A model generated the notes under the pieces. That model did no database searches. It worked only from the letters and a program-made list of their open reading frames with translations, and was not told the DNA's origin. The position numbers and the translations under genes were made by a program. From positions 49,910,001 through 49,974,000 of the forward strand of contig OX597819.1 of the NCBI GenBank assembly GCA_951406725.2: a stretch of DNA of 64,000 nucleotides, given 5' to 3'. Shown here one piece after another: positions 13,121 to 27,394 of the stretch. The stretch comes from Octopus vulgaris (lineage: Eukaryota). Position 1 is the stretch's first letter, and the number at the start of each line of letters is the position of its first letter.

Positions 13121-14361
13121 ATAAAAGCAAAAATAATTTCGTTACGTGTGGCCTTAAATCGTGCCCTATGATCTTAAGAAAACGAAGAAATATCGAATGA
13201 TATTGTGACTGCACTATGCCTGAAATGAAGTTGGAAGGGTCATAGTTGGAATGTCTTTCATTATATGCACCTTGTCATGGCCAACGTGGGGCTTAACAGC
13301 AACATCAACAACAGTGAATATGTTACTCGCTAGTTTAAAGACGGACTTTTATTTATTCACAATGCAAACTCTGTTTTTGTGTAAAAAGCAGATACGACGC
13401 TAAAAGACAATAATTTTACGTCTGGCTGGAATCCCGTCGGCAGTAAAACATTATTAGAGACTACTCTTTTTGTTTCGACCAGACGGTCCACAAGCGCAAC
13501 TCAGTCACAGATGCCGATTATTTTTAGATAAATTAAGAACGGCTTTTAATCTGTCCAGGGTTATCTCTCTTTGTTATTTTCCATTGAGGAAGGCTTAGAG
13601 TCTGAAATGCGTCTGGAAATTCGCTAGAGGAAGCACTGGACAGATAGTGTGTTTTTATACTTTTTATCATAAGCGACAATTTCTTTTCCCACGGTAACTG
13701 GAGTGATTTACATTTGGAAGTTAAAATATGTCGCAAACATATTTTAACTAACCTAAAGTTCGTATATTCTGCAACATTGTTTGACGCCGAAGGTACTGTT
13801 TTTAATGCTATCCTAACCAGAATTCGGTCTTGAAACCAAACCCAACGAAGTATCCACACTTAACGAAGTGTCCTCAGTGAAATTGTTCAATCTGGGAGAA
13901 ACAGCTCGCGAATCTCTTTCTGTTTATACGCTACTGTCTTCAAAACTTCGAACGATACAATCTCTGATATACAGCAATAAGAATAAAAGAATGAATGAAT
14001 GACTGAATGACTGAATGAATGAATGAATGAATGAATGGATGGGCAAATAAATAAGCAGAAACAACAACTGAAGTTTCGAGAAAAAACAAACAAGCAATAC
14101 TCAAGATTGGATGGAAACGTTCAATGAGCACGTGCGCAATATCAGTCATAATATTTATACAGTATTATATTCAAATTTATATTTGTATTAATATTTCTAT
14201 TATATTACATTACATTGTATTGTATCATATTGTATAATATGATATGATATATTATGTTATATTATGTTATATATCCTTTGGCTCGTCTAACGAAGAATAC
14301 AACCTCCTTCATCGTCATGTGTCAGACTGAATTTTGGTGAGACAATGTTATTGCACTTAAA

Positions 14362-14761
14362 GGCGGCGAGCTGGCAGAAACGTTAGCACGCCGGGCGAAA
14401 TGCGTAGCCGTATTTCGTCTGCCGCTACGTTTTGAGTTCAAATTCCACCGAGGTCGACTATGCCTTTCATCCTTTCGGAGTCGATAAATTAATTACCAGT
14501 TACGCACTGGGGTCGATGTAATCGACTTTATCCGTTTGTCTGTCCTTGTTTGTCCTCTTTGTGTTTAGCACCTTGTGGGTATTAAAGAAATAGGTATTTC
14601 GTCTGTCTTTACCCTCTGAGTTCAAATTCCGCCGAGGTTGATTTAGTCTTTCATCCTTTTGGGGGTCGATAAATTAAGCACCAGTTGCGTACTGCGGTCG
14701 ATCTAATCGATTGCCCCACCACTCCTCAAAAATTTCGGGCCTTGTGCCGAGAGTAGAAAAG
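14362..14761 (+). mobile_element. SINE family B, long form with internal duplication and 18-bp TSD
   Basis: TSD aatgttattgcacttaaa at 14344-14361 and 14762-14779. Confidence 0.9.
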
Positions 14762-14776
14762 AATGTTATTGCACTT

Positions 14777-14840
<64 letters not shown>

Positions 14841-15310
14841 GCGCACACACATGCACACGCGGCGTGCACACACACACACATATACACACACACATACACA
14901 AAGTATATGAATGCATGATTGGATGTGTGTATGTGCTAGTGTCTGTGCGTGTAAAATAAAAACCTTCATTACTTCTTAGCTAGAGAAAGAGATACAGATA
15001 GATAGATAGAGAGATATATAAAGAGAGGGGGGAGGGAGATGAGGGGGAAGGAGAGAGGGAGAGAGAGAGGGAAAGAGAAAGAGGTTAACAGAAATATTCT
15101 CTGCAAGTAGCTGAACGAACACTTGTAGATTAAACACGTTGTATTATTGAGTGCTTAATAAAATTCAATCTCTCTATTTTCCTTCCCTTTCAAACGTTCA
15201 TCTCTATCCGTACATATATATATATATGCACGATGTATATATATATATATATATATACATACGATTCTCTTTCTCTTCTCCCCATTACCTTTTGCCCCCT
15301 GTATATGTGT

Positions 15311-15343
<33 letters not shown>

Positions 15344-16025
15344 TATTTACATATTATGTATGCATATTTGTGTTTGTGTGTATGTGTAAACATGCGGTGT
15401 GTGAGAAGGAAATAGCACCTGTATGTAAAAGTCAGGTACTCGTATTATGTACTGTACATTATTACATAGGTGCATATACGCAATGTGCACATATGCAAAT
15501 ACGAACGTACATACGCATTCTTGCATACATACATGATAAAACCTATATTTGCATACATGTTATTCTTACACACATACACACACACATACATACATGCATA
15601 TACAATCGCATTCACTCCCTCTCTCTCTCTCTCGCTTCCTCTCTCTTTCTCACTTCCCCTATCTTTCACGCACATATATATGTACATTCATATATACGCA
15701 TAGGATGGGTGAGCTTTACATGTATGTATGTATGTATGTATGTATGTATGTATGTATGTATGTATGTATGTATGTATGTATGTATATATGTATCTTAGCG
15801 CATGCACGCACGCACGCACATATATATATATTCTTGCATTTGTATGTATATGCATGTGTAAATATATACTTTTTCATTCACACCTGCATAGACAATGTAT
15901 ATATTGATATATATACACAAATATCAGTATAATACATGCAGAGAGAGAGAGAGAGAGAGGTAGGATGGAGAGAGAGGGAATGAGAGAGAAAAAGGCATAC
16001 ACACTCATACACACACACACACACA

Positions 16026-16078
<53 letters not shown>

Positions 16079-16082
16079 AAAG

Positions 16083-16199
16083 ACGATATTGTAGATGGAT
16101 GGATGCTATATCCGGTGACCGGACAAATCTGCTCAGGCGTATATCACACGATGCATTTTATCCTCGCTCTATCACTAGTTTTCTTAGGCAGTTTGCAAG
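16083..16199 (+). CDS. Candidate host-gene exon encoding a signal-peptide-like N-terminus ([17 protein letters not shown])
   Basis: Unique sequence after a (CT)n tract and AG (16081-16082); ATG at 16151; hydrophobic run; possible phase-1 GC donor AAG|GCAAAT at 16199/16200. No homology evidence. Confidence 0.25.
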
Positions 16200-16537
16200 G
16201 CAAATTTTACATACAGCACTTCCTGTCACTGGATATCACTCTACCAAGTATCCAAACCATTATTTCTTCTTCGAATTCAATTACAGCACTCTTGCTGGTT
16301 TTAATAAAACAATCCATTTTCTTGTCAACGAAAATGTGTGAGATTTCCTTTTCTGTTTTGTGTATTTGTCTAGCTGTGTGTTTGAGTTTGTGCTTATGCT
16401 TAATATGCACATGTACGTTATGTATGCATGCATATTTTGATATGTATATATATATATATATATATATATGCAAATGTAGATATGTATGTATGTATGTAGA
16501 TATGTATGTATGTATGTATGTACATACATATGTATAT

Positions 16538-16616
<79 letters not shown>

Positions 16617-17251
16617 CATACTTTTGATTATATATGCATATATATATGTATTAGCATATAATGGAGAAAGAGAAAAACAGAAGTGTGTGATTGCATATAT
16701 ATACCAACGCACAAACACACACATATACACTCGTACATGCACGGACACAAACACACACACATAGATTGTGCGTACGAAAGAAGAGAAGAAAAAATAGAGT
16801 GGAGTGGGAAAATGAAAGGGAAGTGAGATATATATATATATATATACAGAGAGAGAGGACGAGAAGGAGAAGTGAGAACATGAGAGAGAGAGAGAGACAT
16901 AGAGAGAGAGGAGGAGTGGGCGAAGGAGAAAGAGAGAGAGAGGGAAAAACAAATATATAAAAAAGTATTTCTTATTATCAAGATGTCTTGGAGGCATTAT
17001 TCACAAAAGTTCTTGGTGTTTTTGAAGCGGTTATTAAGTGAGATAGCCTTGAATGTCGTCTGTGACAAGGAAATATCGTAATAATACTATTGGAATATTC
17101 ATAAAAGATTTTAACAACTCGAAAGTGTCGCTCTTTGAATAGTTTTCAAATTGATAGTAGTTACAAATGTCTTATAATTGCGTTATTTTTGCTGAAATGA
17201 TAGCAGCTCAATTATATACATATATACAGTTCTTTTACTTCTCACGGCACA

Positions 17252-17362
<111 letters not shown>

Positions 17363-17693
17363 CTATACCCATGCGAGTAAACAAGTAGGCAGAGAAGCAC
17401 ATTATGCGTACAAGGCGGGCACCGCGGCAAATACACACGCTTGTGTATGACGTGACCTCGCACCTGTGTCGGCGAACGAGGGTTTCGATTGCGCGCGGAA
17501 ATGGAACTGCTTGTTTGTTATACACGGCAAGGAAAACAGCTGAGTGCTCCACAGACACCTGCATCTTCAGTGTTATACTGAAAAGGACTCAGGGTGACGC
17601 AGTCTGTAATAAAGCAATAAAAAAGATAAGTCCTACGACACGAGTATTTAAGTGATCGTGATCGAAGCATTTCCCCTTGAACGGTAAAGTGGA

Positions 17694-18075
17694 GGAGACG
17701 CGTTGCTTAATGGTTAAGATTGTTGTTTCGATTCCTGGATCGGGCGACGCGTTGTGTTCTTGAGCAAAACACTTCATTTCACTTTGCTCCAGTTCACTCA
17801 ACTGGCAAAAATGAGTAATCCTGCGACGGACCCCATGAAAACCGGGAAACCAGCCCTTATAATGAGTCGGCATGACTCGAAAAGGTAACCATACTTTTTT
17901 TACATTGAACGCTACGCTACTTCGTCGCAGGTTTACTTATTCACAGCTGAATGAATAGGAGCACATTGAAACGAAGTATTTTGCTCAAGAATACCATGTA
18001 TTGCGCGATCCGGAAATTGAAACTGCGCTCTGGCGACCATGAGTGCGACACGCTAACCACTGGGCCACGTACCTT
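17694..18075. mobile_element. Two family C-type SINEs, tail to tail (17694-17890 +, ~17900-18075 -)
   Basis: tRNA-like heads and the gcgttgtgttcttgagcaaaacact motif on opposite strands. Confidence 0.6.
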
Positions 18076-18623
18076 CACATAATAAAGCCGGACCTTCCAA
18101 ATTACAAGTACAGCCCATCCAACGGGCTTCCGCGCAGTTTCCGCCTATCCATTTTCTGACGCAAGGCTTAGGTTAACTCGGGGCGACGGCAAAGGCACAT
18201 ATCCCGGGTTTTAGGCCATTAAATCGAATCCAAAACCTAACCGTTGGCACACGGAGTCATCCATGTGCCAATGTCTATTCTGGTGTGTTGGAATCAAAAC
18301 GGCCAATCAAAGAAAGAACTCGAAAAAAATTACTTGATGTTCTTTCCAAGAATATGGCACAACTAAATCTAAAGAACCAGTCTTCGGTTGTAATATATCT
18401 ATCTCAAATTTCTGATATGTGTGCTAGTGTGTGTGTGTAAAGATGTTATATTTATTTTATTTTAGATAACTGGAATATTAAATCCATGTCTGGTTTCACG
18501 CAGAATACTGAATGGATGCTAGCAACTGTCAATGGATACGAATCAGAAACTAATATAATTAAAGAGAGACATGCATCTCGCCCCAACACACGAATTATGA
18601 TATGCTCGTTCTGTGAATATGTC

Positions 18624-18669
<46 letters not shown>

Positions 18670-18713
18670 TGTATGTATGTATGTATGTATGTATGTATAT
18701 ATATACATATACA

Positions 18714-18848
<135 letters not shown>

Positions 18849-18857
18849 GTATGTATG

Positions 18858-18921
<64 letters not shown>

Positions 18922-19331
18922 CAGCTTTTCTCAAAACCCGATTATTCCCTAAAATTTAAACAAAACAAAACAACGACAAAAAAAACCAACTTAACAACAA
19001 CTGCAATAAAAAAAATAAAACAGCTGTGTAAGGTAAGCTTCAATGCTTTGTTGATGCCTTTGAGGTAAAAGGTTAAATTAAAATACCTCATCAGAAAATC
19101 TAGTGAGATCGACTTGGAGATAACAGCGGGAATAATTGGAAAATACAAGCAGTCTTATATTCCCCTGGAGGGTTCTGTTTGTTTTACTACGTATTACCAT
19201 CGTTGTTGTTGTTGCTTTTGTTATAGTCGATATTGCTGTGGTTGCTGATATTACTGTTGTAGCCATAGCTGATGTTATTAATTCGATGTTGATGTTGTTT
19301 TAGCTAATTTCATCGCCATTTCTCAGCGCTG

Positions 19332-19366
<35 letters not shown>

Positions 19367-19864
19367 TTTGTACAAGGTAGGATTTGAGCTTAGCACTGCA
19401 AGCCAGCAAGACTATTCGTCGCTTAACACAGATTCTGAGTCACCAAGAGTTATCTAATTTTGAAACAGTGTTGGGGATGCGACGACGAGGAAGCAAAGGT
19501 TTGTTAAGTGTCGATCAGCTTCGAACCTTGCACTCACGCACAAAAAACAACAACAACAGCAACAACAACAGCAAACAAACAAAACAATTACTACAACCGA
19601 TATCCCACCGATGCTGTATATGATCTCTGTGCTTCTGCGACTACTCAACGATTCCTGTATTGCGATGCCATTAATCACCATCAAGAGAAGAATTTGCAAT
19701 ATCTTTAAGGAGCTTCTGTAGTTTCCGCGTGGGGCAAAACATTTTATTTCACCAAAAACCACGAAATAATTAAAATGATATACTCCACTCACAAAGGGTC
19801 TACAATATTCAGTGCTTGAAGTAAAACATTAGAGAGGATTACAAAATGAACAAATCATGTCGAC

Positions 19865-20070
19865 TTCAAATTTTGGTACAAGGCCAGCAATTTCGGGGAT
19901 GGAGGCAAGTCAATTACGTCGATCCCAGTGTTCAACTGGTACTTATTTTATCGACTCCGAAAGGATGAAAGGCAAAGTCGACCTCGGTGGAATTTGAACT
20001 CAGGACGTAAATTAGGGTGAAATGCCGCTAAGTATTTTGCCCGGTGTATTAAAAGTTCTGCCAGCTCATC
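19865..20070 (-). mobile_element. SINE family B
   Basis: ggtacttattttatcgactccgaaaggatgaaaggcaaagtcgacctcggtggaatttgaactc is the reverse complement of the family B body. Confidence 0.8.
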
Positions 20071-20079
20071 AACTTAAAT

Positions 20080-20233
20080 CAGTGGTTCCCAAACTTTTTC
20101 ACTACCAAGGACCTCTTTTATTTAAATGAGTTTTCCCAGGATATTGAAAGGTCAGCTTAACGTGTACACGGATCCCCCAGTACGACATTTGCAGACCATC
20201 AGGGGTCCGCGGACCACAGGTTGGAAACCACTG
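20080..20233. mobile_element. hAT-like MITE
   Basis: TIRs cagtggttcccaa / ttggaaaccactg. The 8-bp flanks acttaaat / ttttaaat are a degenerate TSD. Confidence 0.7.
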
Positions 20234-20259
20234 TTTTAAATGAACAAATCATATCAACA

Positions 20260-20770
20260 ACAAAGACTCAGAGTTACTCTGGTTCTTCTAGATATAACTC
20301 CTTCTTTTACAGATTCTCTATATCCTCCAACAAATTTTCAATCCATATCTCTTCCGGTATCAAGGACACGTGTCTCACTTTGCTTCACTCTCAAAGTCTT
20401 TGTCTTCGATGGCGACAATGCTTACAACTTTCTGCTTTCTTTTTTTCCTCTCATACTTCGAATCTTTCACAATTCCCTATTTTCTACGTCAGTTAAATCA
20501 TCACCACTCCACACGAATCCCTGACAAGACACACAGATGCTTCAAACATCCTTGATCTATTTCTCTCCTCTAAACCCAACCGCTGCCAAACTCTTCCTCC
20601 TCTCATCTCCTCTTCATCCTTCCTTCCTTCCTTCCTTCCTTCCTCCCTTCCTTCCTTCTCATCTCTTGACCGTGTTGCACTCATTGATGACATCGTAACC
20701 AGACTTCACTACTTCTCTCGGTCTTCTACCGCCTTCTGTGAAATTCAGGCCTGTTCACTCTTTAATGTTA
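20260..20770 (-). mobile_element. Decayed RTE-like LINE 3' fragments
   Basis: Minus strand retains RTE-type C-terminal wording (...TGLNF..AVEDREK..SLV..SS). Confidence 0.4.
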
Positions 20771-21269
20771 ACCCGGGCGACGGCCGATCAGGTATGGGTT
20801 CTGGTCTGGTTGTCATCATCCTGAATGTATCATGGTCAAGTTACCTTGGTGGCACCAAGTTACCTTGGTTCCCAACCTTTTTCACTACCAAGCTGTTAGC
20901 CACAACTATATGCCTCTACCTGTGAAACACCTTGTCCCCGAACACTAGACTGGTGACCTAGGCAGGTTTCTCCGTTAGAGAAGCTTTACCCAGAGTTTTT
21001 CGCCTTCTGATGCATTGTTAACACAACCACTCACTTAGTTTAACCCCACCCCAGCTGAAAAGGAGTACAAGGAGCCATAAAGGGAGAGATTAGGAGTTGA
21101 GAGAAGACCAGTGATGCCTGTCCACCTGCCCATCCCTGGTAAGGTGCAGCTGCAAGGCACCAAAGAAACTACTCCCATTCACAGCCCCCAACATCCCATC
21201 AAACTCTTACCGTTTCTTTATTAGCTTGACTGGTTGACCAAGAAATTCAAAATGAAACCAAAATGTGTT

Positions 21270-21975
21270 TCTAGAATATATAATGGCGGAAAACTTTGAA
21301 GCTTGTGAAGGGAAATGTTAAAGTAGAAGTTAGAGGAAGTTAGTAATGTTTATTGAATTAAGAGGATTAAAATGAGAAAGAACTTAGATATCTTACGAAA
21401 CATCTTGATCCAACTGCAAGAAGATATGGAATGGAAATAAATGATGTAGAAAAAAATGTAAAAACAAAAACGAAATAGTCAATGTTATTGGAACAACAGG
21501 GAAGACATTGAGATAAGTTTGTGAATTTGAATAATTGAGAAGGAAAATAATGAAACATGTAAAATCAAAGAAAGACGTAAGATGGCGGGTTATCGCTGCT
21601 TTAGAAATATTAGACCATGTTTAGGAAAATATAAGCGTTACAATAACAGTGAAAAAAAAATCGTTTTATGAGAGCAATAGTAATTTCAGTTGCACTGTAC
21701 ATGTATGGATTATAGATGTTAGATGTAAGCAGTCAGAAAAATATCCTGGCCTTTGGACTAAATGAAATGTTATAAAAATGACGCTTCGTATTGGATATGC
21801 ATAACATCGATCTAACGATAGTTAGGTAAGAAATTGTTTGAAAGACTGCAAACTATGAAATTCTTCTGTGAAGAAAATACGATACAATGACAGCTTACAT
21901 CTATTGGCCATGATCGTATACGGACAGACCCTGGGAAAATGATACTTGAAGTAGTTGAATAAGAGAATTAGAGGA
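21270..21975 (+). mobile_element. Decayed RTE-clade LINE, reverse-transcriptase C-terminal region
   Basis: Frame-shifted relics of LE.IM.E, RYGMEIN..EK.KTK, MRAIVISVALY, I.AF.MKCY..LRI.Y..H.SN. Confidence 0.6.
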
Positions 21976-22154
21976 GAAATGTGTTAACCCTCAGTTTTTT
22001 CATTCTTGTACACCACACAATACCTTTCGTTATGGTCGCTAGACAGAAGAAAACTACCTGCCCTTCGGGGCCAAAGGAAAGCGATCTTCCTGACATAGTC
22101 AGTTGGTAACCGGATCTGTTCTACTGTAGACATAACCTCACAATACAGTTCTAT

Positions 22155-22337
22155 ATTTAAGAGATGAGGAATTATGTACATTATTTACATTCGACGGATA
22201 TTTGTCCTCATCTTGTTTGTTGTTAACACAACGTTTCGGCTGATATACCCTCTAGGCTTCATCAGATGTCTTGGGTTCTCATTCATAAGGCATTTTTCGA
22301 TGCCACCACCACCACCACCACCACCACCACCACCACC

Positions 22338-22390
<53 letters not shown>

Positions 22391-22520
22391 TATTCAGGTC
22401 ATTGCCTGGAATCGAACTCGGAATGTTGGGCTTAGTAACCCGCGCTCTTAACCTCTACGCCATATGCTCGTGGACAAATATCCATCAAATGTAAATAATG
22501 TAAATAATGTATAACTCCAC
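22155..22520 (-). mobile_element. HHR-bearing element with terminal inverted repeat (Penelope-like relic), interrupted by microsatellite and a tRNA-like SINE head
   Basis: tacattatttacattcgacggatatttgtcc (~22177-22207) is inverted at ggacaaatatccatcaaatgtaaataatgta (~22472-22502). Confidence 0.55.
22225..22270 (-). ncRNA. Minimal type I hammerhead ribozyme motif
   Basis: Minus strand: GACAT CTGATGA A GCCTAGAGGGTATATCAGCC GAAA CG TT GTGTT; palindromic AACGTT stem III; stem II partly mismatched. Confidence 0.65.
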
Positions 22521-25110
22521 AAATCACTAATCCCCGGACACTAAACAAACACATTGAAAAAAGCTTCCATTGCTACCCAAGCAACTCAGACTTTTATATC
22601 AAGTCCATGAGAGCACCTTCCATCGATAAGCATTTCTTAACCAATAAATTGTCCCTTTTCTTAAACTAAAACTCATCTTTACTAGGTTACTCATTACCTT
22701 TTCGCGTCCCATTTTCTCATCGATAACATCCTCGCGCTTGCCCGCCACAAACTCTCTACAGGAAGCAACAACTGGTGTGGAATCCAACACTGTCTATATA
22801 TTTCGACACGGATCTCTTGCAGTCTAACTCGAACGGGATGTCCCTTAACATCTCTACCTTTCGCTGCTGTAGTTAAAATGCCGAAACGTACAAGACACCC
22901 ATAACAGACCACTTGCATGATCGAAATTGTTTCGATATGGGGACATGTAGTTGGACTACTGTGCAGTTGTTGTTATAAGTTACCGTGATCTCAAGACAAC
23001 ATCCAAACAGGTTGAATTCAGAACAGACACCATGTAGCCTTTGTGGAGTCCATTTTAGATTGAGCTAAATTGAACAGAAAACCTATTGTTGCCAAGTTTA
23101 TTATTTACCCTCTCTGCGATACATCGAATCATATAGAAGTTGCCGAAGGTAGATTTTATGGGATTTACACAGGTCTGTGCAATCCCGGCTTCACCACCGA
23201 GAAAAAGCGCAACAATATTTGCAAGTACCTCCGTCGAAATCTTAACTCTACTTTCAGCAGAGTTATGGATCAAAATTTATCGACGATGACTCTGTTGTTG
23301 CGTCCTTTCTTAGTAGCGTCACTACTCAGCTTATACTGCTGGGCTTGGTGCTAGTCTGGTGCCAATTGCGATAGATGTTTAACAAAAGAGTATCGTGCAA
23401 CACAGGGCTGACCAACCAAACTAGAGGATTTTTCCACAATCATCCACCTGCAACCATATTTTTACAGTCATTATAGACTTATCGCCACTTCTTTTACTGA
23501 AAGCTGCAGCAGGTCGTCGAGGTGGCTCATTGTCTATAGTCAACAACGACGTCATAACAATTTAGTAAAATGCCAATAAGAACAACTACAAGGGAAAAGA
23601 GCTAACTTATAATTTATTACCACGTTACACATCTACCACCTGAACCTACCGAACAGTTTTGGTTCTTCGTGTTTGAGAGCAATGCATCTGTAACACTGTT
23701 ATAGTTATAACTGTTGGTTCTAGCCAAACTTATTTTTATTTACTTCTAAGCAACGTTAGACTTTATTAATATAGTCTCTATCTTTGACTCGTCCTGCACA
23801 GAAGGTCCTACCAGAAGCTTTCGCTCCGCTCGCTTGCATAGTTTTCGGGTTCATTGAAACTCACAAATTTCTTTCTGCAAGAAGGACTGGACCTTGTGAT
23901 GGTTCTAACATAAACACAGGGCCAGAAATATGTGGAAAAGCGATACGTCGATTGAATCAACACCAGCATTTGACTGGTGCTTTCTTTTATCTGCTGGAAT
24001 GAAAGGAAAATCTGACCTAAGCGGGATTTTAACTCTGAACGCAAATGGCCTCGGCGGGATTTTAACTAAGAACCTCAAGGCACTTTATGCGGTTCTCTAA
24101 CGATTCTGCCAGTCCATAACACCCAAAACGTTGGGGACTGTAAAAAAAAAAACAGATAAAAAACAACACAAATAAAACGGAAACGGTGAGGGCTTACATC
24201 GTGTAAAACGTTGAGATCAACTGGAATAACACACATTAATAGATGATAATAAATAACAATATGAACAAAATGGAAGAAAAACCACAAGGGTATTTGGGGC
24301 AACCTACAGGCAAACTTGGATGATCTTGACACAAAATTCAAGGGTTTTCTCCCAGTTTTTACTACAAGTCTAGGGTTGACCATATCGTCATTAGTCGACA
24401 GTATTGTAGAGATCGTAACTTAACCTTCTCTCTTGTTCGTGGGGTGTTTCCTTAAGCGAGTGCCTAACAACAAACATGTACACTTACCACATCTCTACTC
24501 ACGGATACATTACAAAGAAATGTTCGCAGCATCCATGGAACAGCAGGGTATGCCAGATATTGGTTAAAAGCAACCGTACATATCTGTTTTAGGGGCGCCT
24601 CCCTCTGAATTTTCTGTAAGGGTTTATTCCCTTAGCCTTCATTTACACGCTCAGAGAATTAACCCACAAGACATGTGTAGCATAGTTAATGCAAACTCAT
24701 TTCGTCACTCCCCTCTCGCTGCTCTTATCCATCTTTTATAAATTTTATAAACGGACAAAGTCAGTTCTGAAACGTTTCAAGTGACGCCAGCCACATTAGT
24801 TCTTTCGCTATAGCCACGAGACAGAGGAATTCTAACTGAACTTCCTTGCCAACAGAAAATGATAAGTCACTATGATACTATTTGTTTCTGATTTAGAAAC
24901 AAGACCAGTACTTTTGACGGAAGGGGTTTCATTAATACCATCGACTCTAGTACTTGAGTTCCACTTTATTTCCTCGATCCCGAATGGATGAAAAGGGCAA
25001 ATTTAAACTCGGCGGGAATTGAATCCAGTTCGTAAAGAGTCGGAAGAAATACCGTAGGGTAGTTTATCCGACGCTCATAATGCTGAAGATAACAAAATGT
25101 TCAGGAAATG

Positions 25111-25159
25111 ATCGTCACTGACGAGACCAAATTAGTTCGAAACACCTGTGTTTGACGAT
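25111..25159 (+). ncRNA. Type I hammerhead ribozyme motif
   Basis: ATCGTCA CTGACGA GACCAAATTAGTTC GAAA CAC-CT-GTG TT TGACGAT: perfect 7-bp stem I, imperfect stem II. Confidence 0.72.
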
Positions 25160-25834
25160 CCGATTTGACGTTCTGAGTAAGCTCTGAGTTTCTTTAGAGA
25201 AGTTTCACTGACACAAAATAGCTAGTACCTACCGCTGCAAATGTTATACAGCTGGTACCTACAACTACAAATGATATACACATCGTTATAAAAAAATAAT
25301 TGTTTTGCTTTTACGTACAGTGTCAGCCGATTACAAGGACCCAAATACTTGATTGCTACTTTATGTTATCGACTCTAGGGAGATAAAAGGTAAAATTAAC
25401 TTAAGCAGAATTTGAAGTTTAAAAATACAATTACATAATTAATAACGAATAATAATAATTATTATTGTATAATGATCGAGAGAAGGCGGGATCGAATAAG
25501 TGAATCGATGCTTTTGTTGTAATTGGCGTTATCATTGTTGCTTTGGTAATTGTTTATTTTTTTTTATTGCTGTTGCTGCTGTTTCTGCTGCTGCTGCTGC
25601 TGCTACTGCTACTGCTGCTGTTGCTTCTGATGTTGTTTCAGAGTTGCTATGGTTGCCGCTGTTGCTTTTTAAGTGTATGTTCATTTATTTATCTGTTTCC
25701 GCTTTGGAGGTTACAAAATGTATTGAATGCTCACTTCACTGTCACCCCAACCTGTTTCACTCTTTTAAAAAATCAATATAAATGCATGCACAACACGTTG
25801 ACATAATATCACACACACACACACACACACAAGT

Positions 25835-25869
<35 letters not shown>

Positions 25870-26025
25870 CACAATACACGTACATGCAACATACGTACAT
25901 TCACTGGCAGATGTGCACAAAGTCATGTATACTTATGTATGTATAAATGTGTCCTTATATATTTATGTATATGTATGAGCACACGCACATACACACACAC
26001 ATATATATATATACAAATGCAGATG

Positions 26026-26056
<31 letters not shown>

Positions 26057-26170
26057 ATATATATATATATAACAAGGTGATGGGGAGAGATAAAGAGTAA
26101 CAGAGTGAGAAAAACTACTTCTATTAAATACATATTTGCATTCATTTATATATGTATGAGATGCGCACAT

Positions 26171-26308
<138 letters not shown>

Positions 26309-26455
26309 CCATATGTGTAGATGTATGATTGTCGATCATAACATCCATTATAGATATGCATAATGGTACAACTTTACATACACACGCACGTACATAATAA
26401 TAATAATAATAATAATATTAACGACGACGACAACAATGATGATGATGATGATGAT

Positions 26456-26456
26456 A

Positions 26457-26487
<31 letters not shown>

Positions 26488-26561
26488 TATTATTATTATT
26501 ACTATTACTATTATTATCATTATTATTATTATTATTATTATTATCATTATTATAATAATAA

Positions 26562-26592
<31 letters not shown>

Positions 26593-26630
26593 TATTATTA
26601 TTATTATTATTATCATTATTATTATTATTA

Positions 26631-26661
<31 letters not shown>

Positions 26662-26728
26662 CATCATCATCATTATTATTATTATTATTACTATTATTAT
26701 TATCATTATTATTATTATCATTATTATT

Positions 26729-26805
<77 letters not shown>
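26456..26805. repeat. (ATT)n microsatellite, ~350 bp
   Basis: Direct reading. Confidence 0.97.
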
Positions 26806-26806
<1 letters not shown>

Positions 26807-27089
26807 ACAACAATAGCAATATTCTCACTTTGCGCGATTGTTTAAATCTCTTGCTGATTGCATATTTTGGAAGGTATGAAATTACATATGCACTCACACA
26901 TACATGCACAAAGACACACGCACACATACAGCTATATGAGAGTATATCTACACACACACACACATATATATATATATGTATGTATGTATGTATATATATA
27001 TATACGCGCGTGTGTGTGTGTATGTATGTATATATGCATCTATATGTACATTATATATATATATATACACATATATGTATGTGTGTATA

Positions 27090-27305
27090 TATGTTTGTGT
27101 GTATGTTTGTCCCCCCTCCAGCATCGCTTGACAACCGATGCTGGTGTGTTTACGTCGCCGTAACTTAGCGGTTCGGCAAAAGAGACCGATAGAATAAGTA
27201 CTAGGCTTTACAAAGAATAAGTCCTAGGGGTCGATTTGCTCGACTAAAGGCGGTGCTCCAGCATGGCCACAGCCAAATGACTGAAACAAGTATAAGAGTA
27301 AAAGA
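27090..27305 (+). mobile_element. SINE family A, 3' half
   Basis: gtttgtccccc...gacaaccgatgctggtgtgtttacg...ggcggtgctccagcatggcc. Confidence 0.85.
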
Positions 27306-27359
27306 GTATATATACATACATACACACACATACACTCATATATATATATATGTACCTAT

Positions 27360-27394
<35 letters not shown>

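Noticed and set aside
22404-22467. tRNA gene (also 40054-40125 and 29710-29780)
   Set aside because: A/B-box-like heads lack a clean cloverleaf and mostly continue into SINE bodies; they are treated as tRNA-derived SINE heads.
24355-24400. Possible HHR on the minus strand (ATGACGA...ggtcaacc)
   Set aside because: GAAA and the stems cannot be fitted convincingly.
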